Shown one piece after another: positions 8,742-17,237 of a stretch of 32,000 nucleotides of DNA. Position 1 is the stretch's first letter. Every line of letters begins with the position of its first letter. Made by a program: the position numbers and the translations under genes. The stretch is from Pseudoalteromonas translucida KMM 520 (GTDB taxonomy: Bacteria > Pseudomonadota > Gammaproteobacteria > Enterobacterales > Alteromonadaceae). Where the stretch lies: positions 725,206-757,205 of the forward strand of contig NZ_CP011035.1 in assembly GCF_001465295.1 (NCBI RefSeq), read 5' to 3'. Below the pieces are notes generated by a model. It did no database searches, had not been told where the DNA came from, and was given only the letters and a program-made list of their open reading frames with translations.

Positions 8742-9731
8742 TTGTTATCTAATATTCCTTTTTCGTTATTAGAGCTTGCCCCGATGCCCAAAGGGGCAAC
8801 GGTATCCGAAACGCTACATAAAAGTACTAAATATGCTCAAAGAGCCGACGAGCTAGGTTTTAATCGCTTTTGGTTAGCAGAGCACCATAATATGCCAGGC
8901 ATTATATGTGCAGCTACCTCTATTTTAGTGGGCCATATAGCCAGTAAAACCGATCGTATACGTGTAGGCTCGGGGGGGATTATGCTGCCAAATCACTCGC
9001 CATTAGTTGTAGCCGAACAATTTGGTACATTAGAGAGCTTATACCCAGGGCGTATTGATTTAGGGCTTGGCCGTGCACCAGGAAGCGATCCTATTACGAG
9101 TAGAGCTTTAAATTCAGACATGAGCCGAGCAGAGCGCTTCCCTCAAGAAGTAACCGAACTGCAAACCTTATTAGGGCCGTATAATGGCACTCACCCAATA
9201 CGCGCTATACCCGGTGAGGACACCAATATACCAATTTGGTTATTAGGCTCAAGCTTGTTTAGTGCGCAACTGGCAGCGCAAAAAGGGTTACCGTATGTGT
9301 TTGCAGGGCACTTTGCTCCGCGCTTTTTGTACGATGCCATAGAGCTGTATAAGCGCGAATTTAAACCTTCAAAGGTGCTTGATAAGCCATACATAATGCT
9401 GGCATTACCGCTGGTGGCAGCCGATACCGACGAAGAAGCACAATACCTATCGACCACTTCGCAACAACGAGTACTTGCGCTAATGCGTGGCAGCGAATTA
9501 TGGCTACAACCACCTGTTGACTCTATGGATGGCCTATGGAGTGAGCAAGAACGCGTACAAGTGGAAAACTTTTTAAGTTTAAGTGTAATAGGTGGGCATG
9601 TAAGTATAAGACACAAGTTAGAAATGATAGTAAAAGAGCTGGGCGTTGATGAATTTATATTTACCAACGATTTATACGACAGCGAAAAACGCCATAGAGC
9701 TATCGAAATTTTAATGGAATTAAAACGTTAA
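8742..9731 (+). CDS. Luciferase-like (LLM class) flavin-dependent oxidoreductase, YhbW-like group
   Basis: The FSLLELAP..., FNRFWLAEHHNMPGI, IRVGSGGIMLPNHSPLVVAEQFGTLESLYPGRIDLGLGRAPG pattern is typical of group-1 LLM proteins. The start codon is TTG. Confidence 0.82.
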   Translation: MLSNIPFSLLELAPMPKGATVSETLHKSTKYAQRADELGFNRFWLAEHHNMPGIICAATSILVGHIASKTDRIRVGSGGIMLPNHSPLVVAEQFGTLESLYPGRIDLGLGRAPGSDPITSRALNSDMSRAERFPQEVTELQTLLGPYNGTHPIRAIPGEDTNIPIWLLGSSLFSAQLAAQKGLPYVFAGHFAPRFLYDAIELYKREFKPSKVLDKPYIMLALPLVAADTDEEAQYLSTTSQQRVLALMRGSELWLQPPVDSMDGLWSEQERVQVENFLSLSVIGGHVSIRHKLEMIVKELGVDEFIFTNDLYDSEKRHRAIEILMELKR

Positions 9732-9745
9732 GTTTCATTTAGTTA

Positions 9746-9770
9746 AGCAGGCGTACACCTTACGCCTGCT
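9746..9770 (+). terminator. Hairpin after the LLM gene (weak T-tract)
   Basis: AGCAGGCGTA-cacct-TACGCCTGCT, a 10-bp perfect stem, followed by ATATTAT. Confidence 0.5.
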
Positions 9771-10001
9771 ATATTATAAGCGAAATCTAAACTAGTTTTG
9801 CTTATAGGCAACATCAATCTGTATTTTGGGTACTCATCTAAGCCACTCCCAAATAACAGCAAATAAATTATCCTACCGCATTCGCTTTAAGCGATTAAAC
9901 TAATAGATTTAATCAAATTTTATAGTGATTAATTACCCACTATAATTGAAACCACAAAACGTTATAACCCTATAACGCTACTTTTTACAGGAAGGTGTAC
10001 C

Positions 10002-11024
10002 GTGAACTCGCTAAATAATGTAATCCCTAATTCAGTTAACAAAGCTGCGCAGCCAAAAATTGCGCTGATTGCTGAAGGTGGCGGACAGCGAGGTATATTT
10101 ACAGCCGGTGTACTTGATGCGTGGTTAGAGCAAGACTACGACCCATTTGATTTATTTATTGGTACTTCTGCGGGCTCGCAAAACTTAACTAGCTTTTTAG
10201 CAAGGCAAAAAGGCTATGCAAAGCGTTTGATCAGAGGGCTGTCGCGTAATAAAAACTTTTTTCAATTAGGCCGTGGTTTAATTGGTAAGCACATAATGGA
10301 TTTAGACTGGTACTTTGATAAAACCACTGAGGTAAATCGGAGTTTAGATTTTAAAACAGCCAAAAATAACTTAGGGGATCGTGAACTGCTTATTACAGCA
10401 ACAAACTCACGAGACCGTAAACCGTACTTTTTAGCGCCTACAGGCGAGAGCAAGCAATGGCGTGAGCTATTAAAAGCATCAAGTGCGTTACCATTTTTGT
10501 ATAAGCAAGGTGTAAAACTAACACCTTGGATGAACACTTTAGCAGCTAACGAAGCGGAGCTTGCCTTAGAGCAAGTAGAGCCAGCAGTAGCCGACTTTTA
10601 TTTAGATGGCGGCCTTGCAGCACCTTTACCTGTACGTGAAGCCTATAACCGAGGCGCACGTAAAATAGTGGTGATCCGCACGGTCGATATTAACTTTCAA
10701 GTACAATCGGCATGGGTAAACAAACTAAGATCATTTGTGTGCGCATCAGGCTATTGTCCCAAAACCATAGATTATTTGCTACAGCACGAACAAGCATACC
10801 AAGAAGAGTTGGAATTTATTGCAAACCCACCGGAAGATGTTGAAATTATACAAATTTTTGCAACCGAAAAACTGCATAGCAAATTACTTGGCAGTTCAGA
10901 TAGCGATTTACGCTTTGATCACAAACTTGGTTTACAGGCAGGGCGCGCATATTTAGCTGAGCAAAATCCGCAAATTTGGGAGCATAGCCATAATCATCAA
11001 GTATTGCAGTACTGTTATAACTAA
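10002..11024 (+). CDS. Patatin-like phospholipase
   Basis: It has the GGGQRG oxyanion loop, the GTSAG (GxSxG) nucleophile and the DGG catalytic Asp motif (YLDGGL). The start codon is GTG. Confidence 0.8.
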   Translation: MNSLNNVIPNSVNKAAQPKIALIAEGGGQRGIFTAGVLDAWLEQDYDPFDLFIGTSAGSQNLTSFLARQKGYAKRLIRGLSRNKNFFQLGRGLIGKHIMDLDWYFDKTTEVNRSLDFKTAKNNLGDRELLITATNSRDRKPYFLAPTGESKQWRELLKASSALPFLYKQGVKLTPWMNTLAANEAELALEQVEPAVADFYLDGGLAAPLPVREAYNRGARKIVVIRTVDINFQVQSAWVNKLRSFVCASGYCPKTIDYLLQHEQAYQEELEFIANPPEDVEIIQIFATEKLHSKLLGSSDSDLRFDHKLGLQAGRAYLAEQNPQIWEHSHNHQVLQYCYN

Positions 11025-11079
11025 ATAGAACTAAGGGGCTTATTTACTCAATTGCATTGAGATAATAAATAACCCCTTT

Positions 11080-11104
11080 GCTGGCGTATATACTGCACGC
11101 CAGC
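11080..11104. terminator. Hairpin between convergent patatin and Lrp genes
   Basis: GCTGGCGT-atatactgc-ACGCCAGC, followed by ATTTAATTTT. Confidence 0.55.
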
Positions 11105-11112
11105 ATTTAATT

Positions 11113-11544
11113 TTAAGTAGACGAAAGCAAAATACTGGTTTCGCTATTTAAAATACCGTTTATTTCTCTTACTTGCCTAAGCACCCCATCAAACTCACTT
11201 AAGTTAGCCGCTTGAATTTCGGCTACTAAATCCCACGCACCATTAGTAGTGTGCAATTTAGTTAGCTCAGGAATACCGCGCATCGTTTTTATAACTTGCG
11301 AGGTTGACTTACCTACCACTTCTACCATCATAATTGCTCTAACTGCTTCGGTTTCAATGTGCTGATGTACACGCACGGTAAAACCTAAAATTGCCCCTGA
11401 TGACAGTAATCTATCTAACCTATTTTGTACTGTGCCCCGCGACACGTTTAATGTAGTGGCTAAAGTTGAAATAGAAGCGCGGCCGTCCTTTCTAAGTTCG
11501 GCTATTAGTGCTTTGTCGAGGACGTCGTAAATATAGGGAGTCAT
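11113..11544 (-). CDS. Lrp/AsnC-family transcriptional regulator
   Basis: It has an N-terminal HTH (LDKALIAELRKDGRASISTLATTLNVSRGTVQNRLDRL) plus a C-terminal RAM/ACT-like domain. It is 143 aa and divergent from the ocd operon. Confidence 0.85.
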   Translation of the reverse strand: MTPYIYDVLDKALIAELRKDGRASISTLATTLNVSRGTVQNRLDRLLSSGAILGFTVRVHQHIETEAVRAIMMVEVVGKSTSQVIKTMRGIPELTKLHTTNGAWDLVAEIQAANLSEFDGVLRQVREINGILNSETSILLSST

Positions 11545-11712
11545 AGGGTACGCCTTAGGTGAATTTTGATCAAAATACTAAATTTAATCATTACTGCCTA
11601 GCAAAATGATAAAAAATAATGCTATTTGTATAACTAATTGCCATTTTAACTGGCGCACCAGAGCGATAAACTGCCTGTAAATAATTGCACACACTTACTT
11701 ATAGAGGTTTTA

Positions 11713-12783
11713 ATGACGCATTTTATAGCACAGCCAAAACAAGGCGTTCCTTTTGTTAGCGTACAAACAATGGCACAGCTTATAAATAAACTCGGCATAG
11801 AAAATGTTTTACAACAGCTAACAAAGCGACTAGAAACAGACTTTGCTCGTTGGCAGCAGTTTGATAAATCCCCGCGTTATGCAGCGCATTCACCAGAGGG
11901 CGTAATAGAGCTTATGCCAGTGAGCGACGGCGAACTATTTAGCTGTAAGTATGTAAACGGGCATCCTAAAAATACCTTTAGAGAGCTGCAAACCGTTGCT
12001 GCATTTGGTATTTTAGCTGATGTAGATAGTGGTTATCCGGTTATGATCAGCGAAATGTGCCTACTTACCGCACTCAGAACTGCAGCGACTTCAGCATTAG
12101 TCGCCAAATATTTAGCCCCTAAAAATGCAACCACACTAACGCTAATTGGTAACGGTGCGCAGTCTGAGTTTCAGGCGTTGGCATTTAAAAGTGTACTGGG
12201 TATTACTCATATTCGTTTATACGATATAGACCCAAGTGCGTCGCAAAAAGCATTCAATAACCTCACTGCCTATGGCTTAAACGTCACTATTTGTAACAGT
12301 GCAGCAGAGGCTGTAAAAGGTGCGCATATAATAACAACCTGCACTGCAGATAAAACGAATGCCACAATTTTAACCAGCGAGATGATCCCACAAGGCGTGC
12401 ATATAAATGCCATTGGTGGCGACTGCCCAGGTAAAACAGAATTAGATGCAAAGCTGCTGGAACGCGCCGCTGTATTTGTAGAGTACGAGCCACAAACACG
12501 TATTGAAGGTGAAATTCAACAAATGAGTGCAGATTTTGCTGTAACTGAATTTCATCAAGTTATTAATGGGCAAGCTTGCGGGCGTGAAAGCCAGCAACAA
12601 CTGACTATTTTTGATGGCGTGGGCTTTGCCAGCGAAGACTTTACGGCATTAGCGTTTATTCGCGATCAGCTCATTGCAACGGGGCAGTACAGCTTGCTTG
12701 ATTTAATTACCCAGCAAGCCGATCCGCGTAATTTGTTTTCGGTTTTAACCGCTCAACATACGCAGCAAGAGAGTGTGGCATAA
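11713..12783 (+). CDS. ocd: Ornithine cyclodeaminase / mu-crystallin family
   Basis: It has the Rossmann motif LIGNGAQSEFQ and the TLTALRTAATSAL segment typical of OCD/mu-crystallin proteins. Length is 356 aa and GAGG lies upstream. Confidence 0.82.
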   Translation: MTHFIAQPKQGVPFVSVQTMAQLINKLGIENVLQQLTKRLETDFARWQQFDKSPRYAAHSPEGVIELMPVSDGELFSCKYVNGHPKNTFRELQTVAAFGILADVDSGYPVMISEMCLLTALRTAATSALVAKYLAPKNATTLTLIGNGAQSEFQALAFKSVLGITHIRLYDIDPSASQKAFNNLTAYGLNVTICNSAAEAVKGAHIITTCTADKTNATILTSEMIPQGVHINAIGGDCPGKTELDAKLLERAAVFVEYEPQTRIEGEIQQMSADFAVTEFHQVINGQACGRESQQQLTIFDGVGFASEDFTALAFIRDQLIATGQYSLLDLITQQADPRNLFSVLTAQHTQQESVA

Positions 12784-12785
12784 GT

Positions 12786-13691
12786 ATGGTAAACCAAGCG
12801 CCTAATAGTATTGTGATGGTTCGCCCACATCATTTTACCTCTAACCCGCAAACTATGCGTGATAACACATTTCAGCGCAGTTGTTTAACAACTGATCAAA
12901 GCTTACACGCGTATAACGAAGTAACAAATGCAGTAGAAGTGTTAAAGCAAGAAGGGATCTGCGTTCACCTTTTTGAAGACGAGCATAAAGGTACACCCGA
13001 CTCGGTATTTCCTAATAATTGGTTTACTACTCACCAAAGTGGCGAAATACTAACCTACCCAATGTACGCACAAAGCAGAAGAGCAGAATATCGCAAAGAT
13101 ATTATTGATTTTTTAACGGATCAATATAAAGTGTCTGCAGTGACTGATTATTCATTTTTAGCGAAAGAAAATTCATACTTAGAAGGCACTGGTTCACTGG
13201 TTATTGATCATCAATATAAGTTTGCTTATGCGGTTGAATCAAAGCGAACGACACAGTCAGTTGTTAACACAGTATGCGAGCAATTAAAGCTAACCCCGGT
13301 GGTTTTTAATGCCTACGATATGCAAGGCACAGCGGTTTACCATACCAATGTATTAATGTGTTTTGCTACAGAGTTTGCCATGATTGGCTTAGATATGGTG
13401 CCAAGCGAACAACGCAGGCAGTTAGTAAGCCATTTATTGCAAAGCTATCATCAAGTTATTGAGTTATCGGGCGATCAAATTAATAATTTTTGCGGCAATG
13501 CTATTGAGTTACAAGGTAAAAGCGGACGGATTTTAGCGTTATCAGCAACGGCTTTTAAAGCACTTACTGCAGCGCAAATTAAGGTAATAGAAAAAAGTGC
13601 CAAATTGGTGCCTTTGCCTATTCCTATCATTGAGTCTGCTGGTGGCTCAGTAAGGTGTATGATCGCAGGCATTCATTTACCAACAAAGTAA
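12786..13691 (+). CDS. Amidinotransferase-fold hydrolase (arginine deiminase-related / citrulline-utilisation CtlX-like)
   Basis: The N-terminus IVMVRPHHFTSNPQT and the C-terminal GGSVRCM catalytic Cys motif belong to the guanidino-group-modifying superfamily. It starts 3 nt after ocd, an arrangement I recall as the ocd-ctlX pairing. Confidence 0.68.
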   Translation: MVNQAPNSIVMVRPHHFTSNPQTMRDNTFQRSCLTTDQSLHAYNEVTNAVEVLKQEGICVHLFEDEHKGTPDSVFPNNWFTTHQSGEILTYPMYAQSRRAEYRKDIIDFLTDQYKVSAVTDYSFLAKENSYLEGTGSLVIDHQYKFAYAVESKRTTQSVVNTVCEQLKLTPVVFNAYDMQGTAVYHTNVLMCFATEFAMIGLDMVPSEQRRQLVSHLLQSYHQVIELSGDQINNFCGNAIELQGKSGRILALSATAFKALTAAQIKVIEKSAKLVPLPIPIIESAGGSVRCMIAGIHLPTK

Positions 13692-13712
13692 ATGTATAAA
13701 ATTTAATAGTAT

Positions 13713-13740
13713 AAGGCAGTATTACTGCCTTTATTATTTT
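13713..13740 (+). terminator. Rho-independent terminator
   Basis: AAGGCAGT-att-ACTGCCTT followed by TATTATTTT. Confidence 0.55.
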
Positions 13741-13803
13741 ATAACGTATATTTGTGTCGCTTACAGTGCCTATTTAAATAAGAAATATAACAAGGAATTA
13801 GCA

Positions 13804-15210
13804 ATGTTCGATACCGTAGTAAAAAGTGTAAATGGTATTTTATGGGGAGAGGGCCAAGTCCTCATTTACATTTTATTGTTTGCTGGTATTTGGTTTTCGG
13901 TGCGTTTAAAAGCCATTCAAATACTTAAATTTAAACATATGTTTAGTTTATTAAAAGGCAGCAGCAAATGTAAAAAAGGCGACATATCATCATTTCAAGC
14001 GCTGTGTACTGGTTTATGTGCGCGGGTAGGCACGGGTAACTTAGCAGGTGTTGCCGTTGCTATATCATTGGGTGGCAGTGGTGCCATTTTTTGGATGTGG
14101 GTTATTGCCATATTAGGCATGGCCACAGGCTTTGCCGAAAGTGTATTAGGTCAAGTATATAAAGTGCGCGACAGCCAAGGCGAGTTTAGAGGCGGCCCTG
14201 CGTATTATATTCAACAAGGATTAGGCAATCGAGCCTTCGCTATTACTTTTGCACTGTGCTTATTTTTAGGTTACGGCTTTACCTTTAGCGCCATGCAAAC
14301 CAACACCATTACCGATGCACTTAATTTTGCCTTCGAAATTCCCACTTTTTACTCTGGATTAGTGATCACTGTGTTAGCCGGCTCTATTATTGTGGGTGGC
14401 TTTAAAGCTATCGCCCGCTTTGCTGAGCGCGTGGTACCGGTAATGGGCATAGTGTTTGTGCTTGTTGCAGTTATTATTACCTTAATAAACTTTACTCAAG
14501 TGCCAGCCATGCTTAAAGATATATTTTTATCAGCATTTGGGCTGCAAGAAGCAGGTGCAGGCGCGATGGGCGCAGCAATAAAAAATGGTATTCAACGTGG
14601 CCTTTATTCAAACGAAGCGGGCGCGGGCAGTGTGCCACATGCTTCAGCCAGTGCAAGCCCATTGCCTAATCATCCGGTAACACAGGGCTACATTCAAATG
14701 TTAGGGGTGTTTTTCGACACTATAGTATTGTGTAGTTGTACTGCGGTTATTATTTTACTTGCCGACATAGACATAAGCGGCGAAATGGAAGGTATACGTT
14801 TAACGCAAAGCGCTATGACCGCTCATTTAGCGCAAGGGGGTGTGTACTTTGTAGCAGCCGCTATTACCTTGTTTGCCTTTACATCAGTTGTAGCCAACTA
14901 CGCTTATGCAGAGAGTAACTTACACTTATTTAAACTCGATAACAAAATGGGTCGTGGTATTTATACTTTGCTTTATTTATCAATGATGTTGTGGGGCGCG
15001 TCGGCCACATTAAAGCAAGTATGGGATTTAGCCGATATTGCTTTAGGTTTAATGACAGTGGTTAACGTTATCGCTATTATATTGCTAACCCCAACAATAT
15101 TAGCGGTTACTCGCGATTATCATACACAACGCGAAAAAGGCTTAGAGCCCGAATTTAAAGTAAATGATGTAAAAGTACAGGGCAAATGCGAAACCGGTAT
15201 TTGGGACTAG
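13804..15210 (+). CDS. Alanine/glycine:cation (sodium) symporter, AGCS family
   Basis: It is a multi-TM protein with the AGCS signatures SSFQALCTGLCARVGTGNLAGVA and GLYSNEAGAGS. AAGGA lies upstream. Confidence 0.88.
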   Translation: MFDTVVKSVNGILWGEGQVLIYILLFAGIWFSVRLKAIQILKFKHMFSLLKGSSKCKKGDISSFQALCTGLCARVGTGNLAGVAVAISLGGSGAIFWMWVIAILGMATGFAESVLGQVYKVRDSQGEFRGGPAYYIQQGLGNRAFAITFALCLFLGYGFTFSAMQTNTITDALNFAFEIPTFYSGLVITVLAGSIIVGGFKAIARFAERVVPVMGIVFVLVAVIITLINFTQVPAMLKDIFLSAFGLQEAGAGAMGAAIKNGIQRGLYSNEAGAGSVPHASASASPLPNHPVTQGYIQMLGVFFDTIVLCSCTAVIILLADIDISGEMEGIRLTQSAMTAHLAQGGVYFVAAAITLFAFTSVVANYAYAESNLHLFKLDNKMGRGIYTLLYLSMMLWGASATLKQVWDLADIALGLMTVVNVIAIILLTPTILAVTRDYHTQREKGLEPEFKVNDVKVQGKCETGIWD

Positions 15211-15242
15211 TTAACGTATTTTAAGTCACTTTTAGCATTAAT

Positions 15243-15280
15243 AAACGGTTTTATGGTAGCATAAAACCGTTTTTACTTTT
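15243..15280 (+). terminator. Rho-independent terminator
   Basis: AAACGGTTTTAT-ggtagc-ATAAAACCGTTT followed by TTACTTTT. Confidence 0.7.
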
Positions 15281-15394
15281 GCATAATTATGCTATTTCAA
15301 GCCTAGCAATATACAAAGTAAGTAATAAATATATGCCATTAAATAGTAAATAAGCAGCGCAATTAAACACAGATTTAATAGGTTGAATTTTTAG

Positions 15395-16420
15395 ATGATC
15401 AACATTTACGCAGGTAAAACTGCTGCAAAAGTAATAAATGAGCAGGGGTTTAAACCTGAATTATTCAGCTCATTTTTAGGTGCCAGCGGCGGGCCAAAAT
15501 GGTTTACCTTGTTTGGTTTAGACAAGTATATATTTGGCGAGTTTTTTAAAAACCATAGACAACCGCTTAACTTAATTGGCTCATCGGCCGGTGCATTTCG
15601 CTCAGCGTGTTTTGCCCAAAACGATCCGGTTGCAGCAATTGAGCGCTTAGCAAAATCGTATTCGCAAACGCGCTATTCTAGTAATAAACCCACGCCAGCG
15701 GAAATAACATTAAAAGCCCGCGCACTGCTTGAAGTTGTTTTTGGCAATAACGGCGTGGCCGAAATTATAAATAACCCCGTATTTAAAGCACATTTTATAG
15801 TGGCAAAATCGAATGGATTTATAGCCAGCGAAAATAAATTATTACAGCTTATGGGTTTATCAAAAAGTTATATGCTTAATCGAGTAAATCGAAAGTACTT
15901 AAGTTCACAATATGAGCGTTTTATATTTGGCCCAGCAACAAGCGACTTATCAATTACCGACAGCTATAATTTTAAAACACAAAAAATAGCGCTTACCCAA
16001 AATAATTTAAAAGATGCATTACTTGCATCGGGTTCTATACCTTTAGTTATGCAAGGGATTAAAAATATTTCCGGTTCACCGCTTGGCATGTATCGCGATG
16101 GCGGAATTATTGACTACCACTTTGATTTAAAAATTAACAACCCAGGACTCATTTTATATCCACACTTTAATAGCGACCCAAAAGCAGGGTGGTTTGATAA
16201 AAATTTAAAACGTAAAGTGTCACCACTTAATTACGATAACGTGGTGATGATCACGCCATCAAAAGAATTTATAGCAGGCTTACCGTACGGAAAAATTCCA
16301 GATAGAAATGATTTTACCGATCTAGATGCAGACACACGCATTAAATATTGGAATACAGTATTTAGTGAAACAGAAAAGTTGGCAGAGGCGTTTGATGCGA
16401 GATTAGCCGAAATGTATTAG
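15395..16420 (+). CDS. Patatin-like phospholipase (divergent)
   Basis: It has the GSSAG (GxSxG) nucleophile and the DGGIIDY catalytic Asp. The Gly-rich loop is atypical (GASGGPKW). Confidence 0.62.
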   Translation: MINIYAGKTAAKVINEQGFKPELFSSFLGASGGPKWFTLFGLDKYIFGEFFKNHRQPLNLIGSSAGAFRSACFAQNDPVAAIERLAKSYSQTRYSSNKPTPAEITLKARALLEVVFGNNGVAEIINNPVFKAHFIVAKSNGFIASENKLLQLMGLSKSYMLNRVNRKYLSSQYERFIFGPATSDLSITDSYNFKTQKIALTQNNLKDALLASGSIPLVMQGIKNISGSPLGMYRDGGIIDYHFDLKINNPGLILYPHFNSDPKAGWFDKNLKRKVSPLNYDNVVMITPSKEFIAGLPYGKIPDRNDFTDLDADTRIKYWNTVFSETEKLAEAFDARLAEMY

Positions 16421-16439
16421 CGATAGGAAGCTATAAATA

Positions 16440-16467
16440 ACAACCCATAAATTACGTTATGTTAAAT
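16440..16467 (+). other. dif-like Xer recombination site (11+6+11 architecture)
   Basis: ACAACCCATAA-ATTACG-TTATGTTAAAT compared with E. coli dif GGTGCGCATAA-TGTATA-TTATGTTAAAT. The XerD arm matches 11/11 and the XerC arm 6/11, with the inner CATAA conserved. The site is intergenic. Confidence 0.55.
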
Positions 16468-16482
16468 TGAGTGGTTTAAAAG

Positions 16483-16516
16483 AAAGCGAGGATGATTATT
16501 CAAATCAGCTCGCTTT
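16483..16516. terminator. Weak bidirectional hairpin between convergent genes
   Basis: AAAGCGAG ... CTCGCTTT with an 18-nt loop and T-rich flanks on both strands. Confidence 0.35.
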
Positions 16517-16535
16517 TAGGAGAGTAATTTAGGGG

Positions 16536-17099
16536 TTAATTAAGCTCAGAGTCGACCCAAAACTTAGTACCTTTTAATACTGCTTGTAGTGCAAGGCCGC
16601 TTTCGGTCAAAGAATAAACAGTAACTTGGTCTGCTATTGCTTCGGCAACTAATGCACCGCCTTTTTCTTTATATTTAGCTGCTGCATCTGCGTTTCCGCC
16701 AAATGCCCAACCGTGTTCAATAAATCTGTTTAGTGCCGCTTGGTTATGAAAAACCATAACAACGTTAAAGTCTTTAACACCTAAACCTAGGCCTAAACCG
16801 GCTTCGCCCATATTCATGTAAGTAGATTTGCCCGTTAGGTTATTTTTAATAACACCATAACCACCACCAAAACTAGCTAAAACAACATTGACGTTGGCAT
16901 TATCAAAAACAGCATAACCTGCAGAATTAGCAATTTGCTTTTTAACATCTGGTTTTATAGCGTAAAGTTTACTTAATGTATTTGATTCCATGCTATGTAC
17001 TAATGCACGTTTTTCGCTTGGTGAAGCGCTGCCTGTTGTTGCACAACCAGTGAGTGCGAGTGTAAATACGACCATGCTTAGCAAAATAAATCTTTTCAT
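16536..17099 (-). CDS. Lipoprotein with SYLF/Ysc84-like (DUF500) lipid-binding domain
   Basis: It has the lipobox LTGC|AT. The Gly-rich repeats FGGGYGVIKN...GEAGLGLGLGVKDFNVVMVF...GWAFGGNADAAA resemble SYLF domains. Confidence 0.55.
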   Translation of the reverse strand: MKRFILLSMVVFTLALTGCATTGSASPSEKRALVHSMESNTLSKLYAIKPDVKKQIANSAGYAVFDNANVNVVLASFGGGYGVIKNNLTGKSTYMNMGEAGLGLGLGVKDFNVVMVFHNQAALNRFIEHGWAFGGNADAAAKYKEKGGALVAEAIADQVTVYSLTESGLALQAVLKGTKFWVDSELN

Positions 17100-17237
17100 G
17101 AATTTTCCTTAAATAACATTTATAACTAGCAAGTATGCAATTACAAAATAATAGAATCTATTTATGTCCAATACTAGACAGTATCGGACTTTATGGTTAA
17201 TCTATAAGTCTATTATTTTATTGAATATTTTATTACT

